Shown: one piece after another, positions 44,733-55,925 of the stretch
Layout of the letters: every line of letters starts with the position of its first letter
How positions within the stretch are numbered: position 1 is the stretch's first letter
Assembly: GCA_046328905.1 (NCBI GenBank)
Contig: JAXLVP010000002.1
Span: 197,499 to 261,498 of the forward strand
Reading direction: 5' to 3'
From: Bdellovibrionota bacterium
GTDB taxonomy: Bacteria > Bdellovibrionota_C > UBA2361 > SZUA-149 > CAZDWZ01
Length of the DNA: 64,000 bases
Position numbers and translations under genes: made by a program
Notes under the pieces: model-generated
What the model was told of the DNA's origin: nothing
Seen by the model: only the letters and a program-made list of their open reading frames with translations
Databases searched by the model: none

Positions 44733-45848
44733 TCATGCGAATAGAAATCGCCGAATCGAGAAGCCCGCGACAATACCGAGCGCGGCCATCGCTGCGATGA
44801 CGGACGAGCCGCCATAACTCAGCAGCTTCAAGGTCACCCCGACGACCGGGACGACCCCGATCACCATTCCGATGTTGATGACGACGTGCCAGAACATCAT
44901 CGAAGCCACACCAAACGACACATAAGCGGAAAAGCTATCCTGACATTTTGAGCAGATGCTTAAAATCCGAAAGATGAGCAGAGTGTACAGCGCGAGCACC
45001 GTGATCGAGCCGAGAAATCCCCACTCCTCTGCGAGAACCGAAAAGATGAAGTCTGTTGTCTGCTCCGGAAGGAAACGGAGCTGAGTTTGGGTTCCCTTCA
45101 GGAACCCCTTGCCGGTCAATGCTCCGGATCCCACTGCAATCTTCGATTGGATTGCGTGATATCCGCTTCCGAGCGGATCCATCTCCGGAGAGAGGAAGTT
45201 GAGAACGCGCTTTCTCTGGTAGTCTTTCAGCATGCTCCAAGCCGGGACTGACATCAAAGCGCCCGCAAGCGCAATCCGCATCAGTGTTCCCCGCTGAATC
45301 CCCGCCATGAGCAACATCGAGCCTCCGATGACGAGGTGACATAGCGCCGTGCCAAGGTCGGGCTCTTTGGCGATGAGGATCGTCGGAATGATGAGGAGCA
45401 CGGTTGGAAAGATCAGTGTCGGAATTGTGTACCCCTCGCTTGGTGCGCTCTCGCTACTGAAGAGCCGTGCAAAAAGCATAATTAACCCGATCTTCATAAA
45501 CTCAGCGGGCTGCATCCGGAAGCCGCCGAACTCCAGCCACCGCCGCGCGCCGCCTGCGACGACCCCCTTGAGGAGGACAGCGAGGAGGAGCACGCAACCG
45601 GCGATATAGAGCGGCCAAGCGATCCGCCGCCAGAACGTCGGGTTGATAAAAATACAGACCGTAAAAAAGACCAGGCCAATCCCCATCGAGACAGCCTGTT
45701 TGATCATAGGCTTACTGGTTTCGAGCTGAGGGTCGTATCCTGCGCTGTAGATGACGACGAGCCCGATGCCGCACAGCAGCAGCATCGCGATCAGGAGTAA
45801 CCAGTCGAAGCTTGAAATCTGACGTTTGTCGACTCTGCGAAATACCAT
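44733..45848 (-). CDS. rodA: SEDS-family peptidoglycan polymerase RodA
   Basis: Multi-TM FtsW/RodA family immediately downstream of PBP2 (mrdA); start at ATG 45848, 1 nt after mrdA stop. Confidence 0.85.
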   Translation of the reverse strand: MVFRRVDKRQISSFDWLLLIAMLLLCGIGLVVIYSAGYDPQLETSKPMIKQAVSMGIGLVFFTVCIFINPTFWRRIAWPLYIAGCVLLLAVLLKGVVAGGARRWLEFGGFRMQPAEFMKIGLIMLFARLFSSESAPSEGYTIPTLIFPTVLLIIPTILIAKEPDLGTALCHLVIGGSMLLMAGIQRGTLMRIALAGALMSVPAWSMLKDYQRKRVLNFLSPEMDPLGSGYHAIQSKIAVGSGALTGKGFLKGTQTQLRFLPEQTTDFIFSVLAEEWGFLGSITVLALYTLLIFRILSICSKCQDSFSAYVSFGVASMMFWHVVINIGMVIGVVPVVGVTLKLLSYGGSSVIAAMAALGIVAGFSIRRFLFA

Positions 45849-45849
45849 A

Positions 45850-47811
45850 TTACTGCGCTCGCCCCCCTGCGTCTGCCGGGTGCTGCTGTTCGATCTCGGC
45901 CTCCTGGGCCTGGCTTGCAAAATCAATCGCGTCGTCGCCTTCGTCAGGCTCCGGCTCGACATCTTCAGGTGCAATCTTCTCAGGCGGTCCGATGGGCAGG
46001 TCCTGCGGAAGCATACCGATCTTCTTGAAGTACGTTTCCATCACCGCCTTCGAGATCGGAGCCGCGAACTCACCGCCATGCCCTGAGTTTTCCACGATGA
46101 TGGCCATCGCGATCTTGGGGTTTTCCGCCGGCGCAAAAGAGATAAACCACGCATGGTCTTTGAAGCGCTCGCCAAGACTTTCTTTGCCGAGCGCTCCCGT
46201 TTGCGCGGTACCAGTTTTTCCTCCGACAGTAATTCCCGGAATCGCTGCCCGTTTTCCGGTTCCATGAGGGTCATTCACAACGTCAATCGCGAACTTTCGG
46301 ATCGTATCGAAAACGCTCTTGTCGAAGTTGATTGTGTTTTGAACTTGAGGTGCGAACTCTCTTACCTCTCCGCTTACGTGGTCGACGACCTTCTTCACCA
46401 AGAAGGGTTTGTACACTGTTCCACCGTTCGCGAGCGCCGATATTGCAACAGCCATCTGAATTGGAGTGACGTTCAGGTATCCTTGCCCAATCGAAACGGG
46501 CAATGTATCGCCCGGGTACCATCGCTCCCCACGGACCTCTCGCTTCCAGGTGTCCGACGGAAGAATTCCAGGATCTTCTCCAGGCAACCCGATACCGGTC
46601 TGTCCGCCGAAGCCGAACGGCCGAGTGAATTTCTCGATGCCTTCAATGCCAAGTAGTTGACCAAGCTGATAGAAGTACACGTTGCACGAAACGGTGATCG
46701 CCTTTTCCATGGCCGTTGCACCGTGACCTTCGTGCTTGTGGCACTTATAGGGCCGGCCGCCGAACATGTAGTATCCGGGGCAGTTCAGCTCAGTGCTCGG
46801 GGAAATTTTCTTTGCAGCAAGGCCGGCCATTGCCATGAAGAGCTTGAACGTGGAACCGGCGGGATATTTGCTGGAGATGGCGCGGTTCGAGAGCGGCTTA
46901 TTCTTATCATTTGCCAGCTGCTCCCAATCTTGGGCGACCATCTTCCCGGAGAAGATGTTTAAGTCGAACGTGGGAGCAGATGCGAGGGCGAGGACTTCAC
47001 CATTGTTCGGATCCAGCGCAACGACGGCCCCTCGGTGACCGGCGAGACCCTCTTCCGCAACACGCTGCATGTCCGAGTCGATCGTAAGGAAGAGGTCATC
47101 GCCCATCTGGTCGTCGACAATGCCGAGCTCGCCTCTTCGATGACCCATGGCGTCAACTTCTACCTGGATGTAACCGCTCTTTCCGCGCAGTGATTCCTCC
47201 CACTGCTTCTCGATTCCGGACTGACCGATGAGGTCCCCGGTATGGTAGTCGCCGTTGCCCTGGAGCGCATCGAGCTGAGTCTTGTTAATCTCTCGCGCAT
47301 AGCCCAGAACCTGAGAGGAGAGCGTGTTCCCCGGATAGGCTCGCGCCGGAACGGTATTCACGATCACGCCCGGAAGTCGGTATGTGTTTACCTTGATCTT
47401 GGCAAGCTCTTCACGTGACACATCTGCCATGACAATTCGCGGTTCGAAGTGTCTTCCTTTGCCGGGAGACTGGAGCTGCTTCTGCAGCTGCGCGTATTCG
47501 CGGCCTGTAATCTCCGATAAGGTATGCAGGGTTTCGTTCACGTTCGGCGTATCTTCAAGGATGAGCGCTACATCGAAGGCCGGACGGTTTCGCACGAGCA
47601 CATGCTCGTTACGATCATAAATTGTGCCTCGCGGTGGCACAGTCCTGACCGTCCGCACTCGGTTGTTCTCCGACTGATCGCGGAAGAAGGCACCGTAGAC
47701 GACCTGAAGATACCATAGGCGTACGATAAGCAAGCCGAACATCAGACAGAGGAACGTGGACGCCGCTACGATTCGGCGAGTGAAGACTGACTGTTCGATC
47801 TTCTCACCCAT
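45850..47811 (-). CDS. mrdA: penicillin-binding protein 2 (elongasome transpeptidase)
   Basis: N-terminal membrane anchor, PBP dimerisation and transpeptidase domains (STFK-like GSTFK, SxN, KTG-type KTGTAQ). Confidence 0.85.
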   Translation of the reverse strand: MGEKIEQSVFTRRIVAASTFLCLMFGLLIVRLWYLQVVYGAFFRDQSENNRVRTVRTVPPRGTIYDRNEHVLVRNRPAFDVALILEDTPNVNETLHTLSEITGREYAQLQKQLQSPGKGRHFEPRIVMADVSREELAKIKVNTYRLPGVIVNTVPARAYPGNTLSSQVLGYAREINKTQLDALQGNGDYHTGDLIGQSGIEKQWEESLRGKSGYIQVEVDAMGHRRGELGIVDDQMGDDLFLTIDSDMQRVAEEGLAGHRGAVVALDPNNGEVLALASAPTFDLNIFSGKMVAQDWEQLANDKNKPLSNRAISSKYPAGSTFKLFMAMAGLAAKKISPSTELNCPGYYMFGGRPYKCHKHEGHGATAMEKAITVSCNVYFYQLGQLLGIEGIEKFTRPFGFGGQTGIGLPGEDPGILPSDTWKREVRGERWYPGDTLPVSIGQGYLNVTPIQMAVAISALANGGTVYKPFLVKKVVDHVSGEVREFAPQVQNTINFDKSVFDTIRKFAIDVVNDPHGTGKRAAIPGITVGGKTGTAQTGALGKESLGERFKDHAWFISFAPAENPKIAMAIIVENSGHGGEFAAPISKAVMETYFKKIGMLPQDLPIGPPEKIAPEDVEPEPDEGDDAIDFASQAQEAEIEQQHPADAGGRAQ

Positions 47812-48342
47812 TTAATTCGACCAGCGAAAAATCGGTGCACCCTGCGTTTTTCCGGAAGAGGTGTGCGGAGCAGCGCGACGGCCCAAGGTCCGCAACACAA
47901 AGGGAGCGAGCAGCGCGCTCAAAAACGCTTCCCAAGAGGCTGATCCAAAGATTCCATCCGGCACGATGAAGCCATCGACATAGAGGTAATACAGCAGAAG
48001 CAAGGTCGCTGACTTCGCAATTGAGCAAACAAAAGTAATGATGGTAATCGCGATCCCTTTGTCTGCATAGACGCGGTTCGCAATCAAACCGACCAAACAA
48101 AAAGCGGCGACACAGCCGGCGGCATTCGGACCGAGGTAGTCGGCTGAGGCAAAGTCAGCAAAAAGACCGAGACAGAACGCACCGAGCGCTCCCCAAGCCG
48201 TGTGGTAATAGAGCGATACCGCGACTGTGAGAATGACAATGAAGTCTGGAGCGACCGCAGCAGGGAACGACGCATGGATCAGCGTCGCCTGAATCAGGAG
48301 GCCAATCAAACCGGCGACGAGGAATACAAAGAATACGCGCAT
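47812..48342 (-). CDS. mreD: rod shape-determining protein MreD
   Basis: Small polytopic membrane protein between mreC and mrdA. Confidence 0.7.
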   Translation of the reverse strand: MRVFFVFLVAGLIGLLIQATLIHASFPAAVAPDFIVILTVAVSLYYHTAWGALGAFCLGLFADFASADYLGPNAAGCVAAFCLVGLIANRVYADKGIAITIITFVCSIAKSATLLLLYYLYVDGFIVPDGIFGSASWEAFLSALLAPFVLRTLGRRAAPHTSSGKTQGAPIFRWSN

Positions 48343-48345
48343 AGG

Positions 48346-49323
48346 TTAATGAGTTTTGCTCTCCGACGTCGCTGCAGGCCGGCTCGCTTCTTCTGCAGTT
48401 TGCAGGCCTTCTGCTGCCGGGATTGACTTTCCTGAAGCTGCGGTTTGTTGACCTTGCGTCGGCGAGCTTCCGTCGTCGAGCTGTCCAGTGGCGTGGCTGA
48501 GCTCAGGAATCACTATCAGCACGTTTTCCAAGCGATAAACATCCACGCTCGGCTCAACGGTGATCTCTTGGAACAAGCCGCTGCTGTTGGGATTGACCTT
48601 CGACACGACTCCAATCAGCGAACCTTTCGGGAAGACTCCGTCCATACCGGAGGCAATGACGCGCTCCCCAATGTTCACCTGAAACTCCTTGATCTTGAGC
48701 ACGTAACGCAGACGCAATGATTCGCGACCGAACCCACCCTCGGCGGTGCCTGCCGCGCGACTCGTCTGCGCGAGAGCGTCGATTGCGCTGCTATTATCGG
48801 TCAGAAGCAGCACGCGGGCGGAGTGAGCGTTGACGGCGGTGGTCTGACCGACGATCGCATTTCCGTCGACGACTGCGAGTCCCGGCCGCAAGCCGTCTGC
48901 TGTGCCGCGATCAATCGTCACGCTTTTCACCCAGTTTGACGGATCGCGCCCCACGACGGAGGCGACAACTCCGTTGTACCCGGAGTATTCCGCGAAGTTC
49001 AGAATGCTGCGCAGCCGTTTGTTCTCGCTGTCATATTCGAGCAGCCGTGAGTTGAGCGCTTCCAGCTCGCGCACCCGTTTGTCGAGCTCATTGCGCTGCG
49101 CTTCGACGTTCAAGAGATAAAAATAGTGGTTCCACACGTATTTCCCCGATTGGAGAACCTCGTGATAGCCCTTCTCGAGAGGTACGAGAACCGAGTCGAT
49201 GAATTTGATCCCTGAGTGAGAGAGGGAGCGGTTGGAGACGCTCAAGCTCATGAGCTGCATCGAGCACAGGAACAGCGCGATTGCCGTAAGCATCAAACTG
49301 TGCCGGCGCAGAAACTCAGCCAT
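48346..49323 (-). CDS. mreC: rod shape-determining protein MreC
   Basis: N-terminal TM helix, coiled-coil, beta-rich periplasmic domain; Ser/Thr/Pro-rich C-terminal tail. Confidence 0.8.
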   Translation of the reverse strand: MAEFLRRHSLMLTAIALFLCSMQLMSLSVSNRSLSHSGIKFIDSVLVPLEKGYHEVLQSGKYVWNHYFYLLNVEAQRNELDKRVRELEALNSRLLEYDSENKRLRSILNFAEYSGYNGVVASVVGRDPSNWVKSVTIDRGTADGLRPGLAVVDGNAIVGQTTAVNAHSARVLLLTDNSSAIDALAQTSRAAGTAEGGFGRESLRLRYVLKIKEFQVNIGERVIASGMDGVFPKGSLIGVVSKVNPNSSGLFQEITVEPSVDVYRLENVLIVIPELSHATGQLDDGSSPTQGQQTAASGKSIPAAEGLQTAEEASRPAATSESKTH

Positions 49324-49488
49324 GGAAATTAGTCACCTCGTAGAATCAGTCCGCCCTATGTGCTCTCGTATTCGACGGGCCACCGTGAAGCTCTTCGCGG
49401 GAGTAAGGGAGCTCCTCGCGATTGAACGGACGCTGCAAACTTCGAACGCAGAGACAGGATGCGTTAGGGAATCGATTCGTTTTACCGT

Positions 49489-49503
49489 GGTCACATTGTG
49501 ACC
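49489..49503. promoter_or_regulatory. perfect inverted repeat GGTCACA-T-TGTGACC in the mreB-mreC intergenic region (candidate operator)
   Basis: 7-bp arms with 1-nt spacer, located in the unusually long (about 410 bp) mreB-mreC gap. Confidence 0.2.
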
Positions 49504-49733
49504 GCAACCGCAAAGGACCGCAGTTGGGCGATTGAATTTGAAAATTTTTTGCGAGTGAAAATGAAACGCTGAGACACTGACGTCAGAAGCCGAACATCGC
49601 GTCGCTCTTCAGAAAGAGATCTCGCCCGATGCAGGGAAAGCCCGATTGAAGCAGGACGACCGAAACACGCGCCGGAGGCCGTTGTGAGCAGCAAGCCGGG
49701 CAGCTCCAAGTGCGAGCGTCCCGGCTTTCCGCG

Positions 49734-50798
<1,065 letters not shown>

Positions 50799-50880
50799 CT
50801 AACGTAAAGAACCGCCTCGATGGATCGATAGGTGTAGCAATTTTCAGAACTAAAGTCACACCTGCGGGACGATAAAAATC

Positions 50881-51246
50881 ATGCTCACGCAAAATTTTCG
50901 GATCGCACTCTGGTTGACATTTTCAATTGTTTCCGCGGCTGACGTTCGTGCCGATTCACGCGTAGAGGTGAGCACAATTAACGGCCAAGTTTTGTACGGG
51001 AAGCTTTGTGCGAAGTGCCATGGAGTGAACGGTCGTCCTGACGATACGGCGCTCAAATTGCTCGATCCTTCGCCGAGCGATCTTACGGCAAAATCGTACC
51101 GCTTCGGAGATCGCCGTGAAGATCTCATCCGAGTGATCCGCTACGGCTCCGGCCGCAACATGATTCACTACCAGGACCGGCTCTCCGACGAGCAGGCAGG
51201 TGCGCTCGCCGATTATGTGCTCAAGCTGAAAGCCGGCTCTGAGTAA
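50881..51246 (+). CDS. c-type cytochrome (class I, mono-haem)
   Basis: Signal peptide followed by CAKCHG (CxxCH haem-binding motif). Confidence 0.7.
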   Translation: MLTQNFRIALWLTFSIVSAADVRADSRVEVSTINGQVLYGKLCAKCHGVNGRPDDTALKLLDPSPSDLTAKSYRFGDRREDLIRVIRYGSGRNMIHYQDRLSDEQAGALADYVLKLKAGSE

Positions 51247-51395
51247 TAGCTCGCACCAAAGACACGGTAGGCGAGCTGAATAGCCGATTTGTGTTTTCGC
51301 TGACTATCTCGTCTGTATTAGGTGCGCAGCTCAACGACCAACATGCGAGGGACGTCCGAGCGTTGTGGGGCGAACCGCAGGTTGGAGTGTGTTGG

Positions 51396-51740
51396 TTAAG
51401 CAGCGTGCTGCGTCGGTGCCGGAGCGGGCGACTTCCGAAGACGCACAAGCTCTCGATTCGTTGCCGAAAGAGCGCTGAGCTCTTCATCGGCAACGTCGAA
51501 AGGCGCATCAATTAAGTGCTCCATCAACACAGTCAACTGCTGCTCTGCTGACAACCGCCGGTCAACGAAGATGAGCTTTGAACCGGAGAGCAGGCACTCG
51601 CCACTTTTCACTTTGAAAGCAGGACCCGCACAGAGCTTCTCACGCCGGACCGAGATCCCCCTCGCACGAAATACGTGCTCGAGCGAGCGGACTTGACGTT
51701 CGGATTCGAGATCTCGGGATTGTCCTTTTTTCTGAGCCAT
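51396..51740 (-). CDS. hypothetical protein
   Basis: 114-aa ORF from ATG 51740 (AAGGA-like RBS); no recognisable motif. Confidence 0.3.
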   Translation of the reverse strand: MAQKKGQSRDLESERQVRSLEHVFRARGISVRREKLCAGPAFKVKSGECLLSGSKLIFVDRRLSAEQQLTVLMEHLIDAPFDVADEELSALSATNRELVRLRKSPAPAPTQHAA

Positions 51741-52006
51741 AGTCCTTCGGTTGCCGGGTTGGAAGCCAGAGAGTCCTTTAAATACTGAAAATGTCAGCTG
51801 TCGGCAATCGCCCAATTGACCGCTCATCGGACGATCCTGCACCGCGGCCCATTCTTCTCGCTATAAAAAAGTCTGGTATCGCGACGGGTTAGCAGGTCAG
51901 CGTGCGCCCCCCGCAGAAGCATCAGTTCTGCTCGGTTCGTGAATAACATCCTTTGAGGATCCGCCTTCGTGTAGAGCGGGTATTTCCAACCTCTAGAGGC
52001 TACGGA

Positions 52007-53137
52007 ATGCGACAGTTTCAGGCACGGCTACAGCAGAATCGAGGGGTGGTGTTCACCGCGGGCGCCATGGTCGTGCTGAGCGCGGTTTTCTCCATGTTCT
52101 CGTGCAACAAAGGTGCGGCGACTAGGGTCGCAAGCAACGCGGCGCCGCGGCCGATTGAACAGAAGGCACCCGGCGTTCAGTCCCCGGCGCTGCCTGAAAT
52201 CACAGTGTCTGCGGATCCGCTGGAGCGCGTTGCGCAGAAGCTCGCGCGAGAGAAGGCGGCCGCCGCTAGCCGGGAGCCGGTGACTGGTCAGACCGATGTG
52301 GCTCCGCCTCCACCGTCGGCGACAGACACGAACCCCACTGAGGAAGCAAATCAGGCCGGAATCGATCCGTCGGTGCCGCGTTGCCCCGAAGGCTCAGTAC
52401 CCGTGGGCGCCCCTCCGCCGAAAGGCAATCTATTCTGGTGCTCTGCGAAGACTACTCTCGGGACTGGAGAAAAGAACGGTCCGTACCTGAAATGGGACAA
52501 CGATGGAAACAAACGCTTCGAAGCTTACTATGTGAACGGGCAGCCGCATGGACGAATGATCTCGTATTTTGCAGACGAGCGGGAAGAGGAGCTCAAAGAA
52601 TTTTCAAATGGGGTCCTGAACGGGAAGTGGATCCAGTGGAATCGCGAAGGCGATAAGGTCGCTGAAGGTGTCTTCGTGAACGGTAAAAAGAACGGGAAGT
52701 TCAGCTACTGGGATCGACACGGTGCGCTGACATCGGAGGGCACCTATAAGAACAACCTCGAGTTCGGTGTGTGGACGACCTTTTACCCGGACGGCGAGAT
52801 ACAAACGAGAATCACGTATCGAGACGGAAAGAAAAACGGAAAGGCCGAGACCTTCTTCACAAGCGGACGTCTGTCTTCGACCGGCGCGTATCGCGACAAC
52901 AAGCTCGAAGGTGAATGGGTGTACTACAACGAGGACGGGCGCCTGAAGGTTCGGGGCGCATACGCAGACGGCAGAAAGAACGGTCCGTGGTCGACATACA
53001 AGCCCGACGGCCAGCTTGCCGATACAACTATGTACGACAACGGCCACGCTATCCGGGAGAGAAATCGACAGCAGCTCGGCAGCCGCACCCAATCGGCTCG
53101 CTCCCCCGATAATAGCCAACGCTGGGTCGAGATGTAG
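52007..53137 (+). CDS. lipoprotein with MORN-variant (YwqK-like) repeats
   Basis: Lipobox-like signal (SAVFSMFSC), then repeated G.W..Y...G...EG.Y.NGKK.G.W units; start at ATG 52007 with GAGG RBS. Confidence 0.6.
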   Translation: MRQFQARLQQNRGVVFTAGAMVVLSAVFSMFSCNKGAATRVASNAAPRPIEQKAPGVQSPALPEITVSADPLERVAQKLAREKAAAASREPVTGQTDVAPPPPSATDTNPTEEANQAGIDPSVPRCPEGSVPVGAPPPKGNLFWCSAKTTLGTGEKNGPYLKWDNDGNKRFEAYYVNGQPHGRMISYFADEREEELKEFSNGVLNGKWIQWNREGDKVAEGVFVNGKKNGKFSYWDRHGALTSEGTYKNNLEFGVWTTFYPDGEIQTRITYRDGKKNGKAETFFTSGRLSSTGAYRDNKLEGEWVYYNEDGRLKVRGAYADGRKNGPWSTYKPDGQLADTTMYDNGHAIRERNRQQLGSRTQSARSPDNSQRWVEM

Positions 53138-53499
53138 TTTCCGCAAAAACATCTCAAGAATCCACTTTCCCTCGACGATACAACATCTGAATCAGGAAGT
53201 TCGCCGTACCACGGAGGTAACCCCGCGTGACTATTAGTGACACCGCGCCCGTCGCAAGTGTTCCCACCGAGTTCAACGTCAAAGTCGCAAAAGGTCAGGA
53301 CCAGCAGCACGAGACTGTTGTGAACGAGCTGCTGCAGAGCGTCCGGCAAAACGTGAACGCCGAGAATGGCGTAGGGCAACAAGTAAACGTCGCCGCATAA
53401 CGAAAGCGAACTGTTCCGTCGTCGACCAGATTGACGCGCTCGCGGCAACCGTCGGGAGCGTCGCTTGCTTCGCAAAGAGCGCGTACATACAATGGCGCC

Positions 53500-54813
53500 A
53501 TGAATGAACGTGTCGCCGCGCTCGACGCCAGCTTTTTCACTCTCGACTCTGACACCACGCAGCAGGTCATCGCGTCGTACTCTCCGCTCGATCGAATTCC
53601 CGATCTCGAGCGTGCCCGGCAAAGTGTATTGCGGCAGATTGAAGCGTTTCCAAAGATGCGCAAAAGGATCGTCGAACACGGCGGTCTACGTTGGTCGGAG
53701 GACACGTCCTTCGATATCAAGCGCCATGTGCGTTTCGAATGTGTACCGCTCGCGCGCACCGAGCGCGATCTCATGCGGCGAGCGGAGCAGATCTTCAGCT
53801 CGCATCTCGACCTCGAACACCCGCCTTGGGAGTATGTTGTTCTCAGCAGCCGCGAGCAGCCGGAGCCCGACGCCCTCGTCGGATTGCTTTTCAGGATCCA
53901 TCATGGCCTCGCCGACGGGCTCGGTGCGCTGGAGTTTTTCCATCGTGCATGCGATCTACACCCGAGCGGGGCTGAGCTGGAAGCGGTCTCAGCACGCTCT
54001 CACCGTCACGCCGGACAAACCGGCGCCGGCCCGAAAGCGGGCAAATGGCGTTTGCGTCAGAGTATTGCAAAGCTTCTCACCGAAGCACGCGAACGGGTCG
54101 TGAAGAACCCGCTCAACGGCGAAAATTCCGCGGAGCGCAGATTTGCCCATATCGAGTTCCCGCTCCACGACTTGAAGTCGCTCCGGAGAAAATATCGGAC
54201 GTCACTCAATGACCTGCTCCTCGCGCTGGTCACCGGCGCCGTTCGCAGATATCAGCTTTCCGTGAGCTTCTCACCGATTAATGTCAAAGCGCTCGTGCCG
54301 TTCAATTTGCGACCGAAGACCAACCTCACAACGCTTGGGAATCAGCTCACCGGCGTCGGCGTTCCACTTCCCGCAGCGATCGCCGACCCTGTCGAACGGC
54401 TAAAGACCATTCAGACCTGTTTCAACAGAATCAAGTCGGACGGCTCTTTCGGTGCCTATCGCATCGTAGGCATTTTAAATAGCTACCTCCCTCGACGTCT
54501 TCAGCGCCGTTTGAGCGAAGCCGCGGCGAGACGCTCGAATTTTATCTGCACAAACATGCCCGGCCCGGACAAACCGCTCTACTTCGGCGGCGCAAAGCTG
54601 CTGGGACAGTACGGCTTCGCCGCGTTGATGCACGAGCAGGGCATCGCGTTTGCGTTCATGACCTACGCCGGTAAAGCATGCGTCTCGGTAGTGAGCGACC
54701 CTGCGGTCGTCCCCGACCCCTGGCAGATCGTGAGCTACGTAAAAGAGGCGTTCGAGGAACTGGCCTGCACAGACGCGGGCACTCCCCTCCCCCGGGCGGC
54801 AGGATCGGCGTAG
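53500..54813 (+). CDS. wax ester synthase / diacylglycerol acyltransferase (WS/DGAT) family acyltransferase
   Basis: Catalytic HHGLADG (HHxxxDG) motif and N-terminal LDASFF block. Confidence 0.75.
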   Translation: MNERVAALDASFFTLDSDTTQQVIASYSPLDRIPDLERARQSVLRQIEAFPKMRKRIVEHGGLRWSEDTSFDIKRHVRFECVPLARTERDLMRRAEQIFSSHLDLEHPPWEYVVLSSREQPEPDALVGLLFRIHHGLADGLGALEFFHRACDLHPSGAELEAVSARSHRHAGQTGAGPKAGKWRLRQSIAKLLTEARERVVKNPLNGENSAERRFAHIEFPLHDLKSLRRKYRTSLNDLLLALVTGAVRRYQLSVSFSPINVKALVPFNLRPKTNLTTLGNQLTGVGVPLPAAIADPVERLKTIQTCFNRIKSDGSFGAYRIVGILNSYLPRRLQRRLSEAAARRSNFICTNMPGPDKPLYFGGAKLLGQYGFAALMHEQGIAFAFMTYAGKACVSVVSDPAVVPDPWQIVSYVKEAFEELACTDAGTPLPRAAGSA

Positions 54814-54825
54814 CCCACCGAGCGG

Positions 54826-54908
54826 TCGTTGGCGAAGTATCCCCCTTCGTTGGCGAAGTATCCCCCTTACTTTTCTCCCTAGCGCAGAGTATCCCCCTTA
54901 CTTCGTAG
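54826..54908. repeat. short tandem direct repeat (two perfect 21-bp units TCGTTGGCGAAGTATCCCCCT plus a degenerate third copy)
   Basis: Units at 54826-54846 and 54847-54867 are identical; AGTATCCCCCTTAC recurs at 54888. Confidence 0.7.
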
Positions 54909-55077
54909 TGATGCGGACAAGTTTGCCGGCAACGAGACGGTCAACAATTGGTTTCACCGCGACAACCAGCCACTAGTCGCGACGGGTGTCACCGCATCGA
55001 ACGACAAGCTGTATGTCTTCACGGGCTACTCGGGTCTCGACTACGTCCTTCCTGCGAACGTAACGCACAATGATCGA

Positions 55078-55563
55078 TTGGAGATCAAATGGGCTGACTA
55101 CACGTTCGGCGGCAAAGGCGGAAGCGACAAACCTGGGCTGCTTGGGACCGGACATTCGGGCTCAATTCGCGAGGAAGGTGGCCAGACGTTTGTCGACGTC
55201 GCCGACCGCGCGCACTTCCAACGCGAGCGTTTCACGCTCGATGGGAAGCACGTAGCAACGCTGCAGCTCCCTGAGGGCAGCCTGGTGTGTAACATCTTCT
55301 ATGACGGCGACTGGGCCGTCGCATCGTGTCTGGACGGTCCAGATCGATCGAAGGGCGCTCCTATCTACATCATGTATAAGGACAAGATCGTCCACACTCT
55401 CATCGCTCGCGAAGAATTTGGGCTTTCGAACTTTACTCACATCCATGGCGCAGCAATCCGTATCGTTGAACAGACGCCGGGGAAGATTGTCCTCGCACTA
55501 CGTGCGCAGGCGTGGAATCCCGGCGGAGTGGCGGGTTGGAAGCTCACAGCAACTGTGAAGTAG
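55078..55563 (+). CDS. hypothetical protein (possibly a 5'-truncated or start-less gene remnant)
   Basis: 161-aa ORF using TTG; the frame is open upstream to 54883 without any ATG/GTG. Confidence 0.3.
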   Translation: MEIKWADYTFGGKGGSDKPGLLGTGHSGSIREEGGQTFVDVADRAHFQRERFTLDGKHVATLQLPEGSLVCNIFYDGDWAVASCLDGPDRSKGAPIYIMYKDKIVHTLIAREEFGLSNFTHIHGAAIRIVEQTPGKIVLALRAQAWNPGGVAGWKLTATVK

Positions 55564-55925
55564 GTCTAGAAGCAACCGAATGAGCATGACCGGCAGGGTG
55601 GACCTTTCCTCCCTGCCGGCGGCTCGCGGTTCAGCAATGTTACGGCTCGTGAGGCTTCGCCATCGCACTCCTCTCCTTTCAGCTCGGAGAAAACGGCTTG
55701 GGGCAGCGCAGCTCCGGGCGTCACAATCCCCGCGCATGCATGTGGTTGATACCCTCGTGTCACCGCGCATCTCCGCTCGAACGAAAGGACGAGCTTCGAA
55801 CCCGCGAGGTTGGGCTGTTCACTATTCGTTCATTCGCCAGCCGAGGCTTTAATAGCCACAGCGGCGATAGGTCCAAGCATAATTTGAGTACATAACCTTA
55901 CGATAATGCTCCCAATCGTAACCCA

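Noticed and set aside
44733-45974. Extended 5' ends of track ORFs (rodA from 45974; 17942-19744; 20847-22100; alpha/beta hydrolase from 44815)
   Set aside because: The extensions overlap upstream genes and encode Arg-rich non-native sequence; internal starts with RBS located directly after the upstream stop were preferred.
54826-54908. CRISPR array
   Set aside because: Only two to three short direct repeats with no unique spacers of regular length and no cas genes anywhere in the window.
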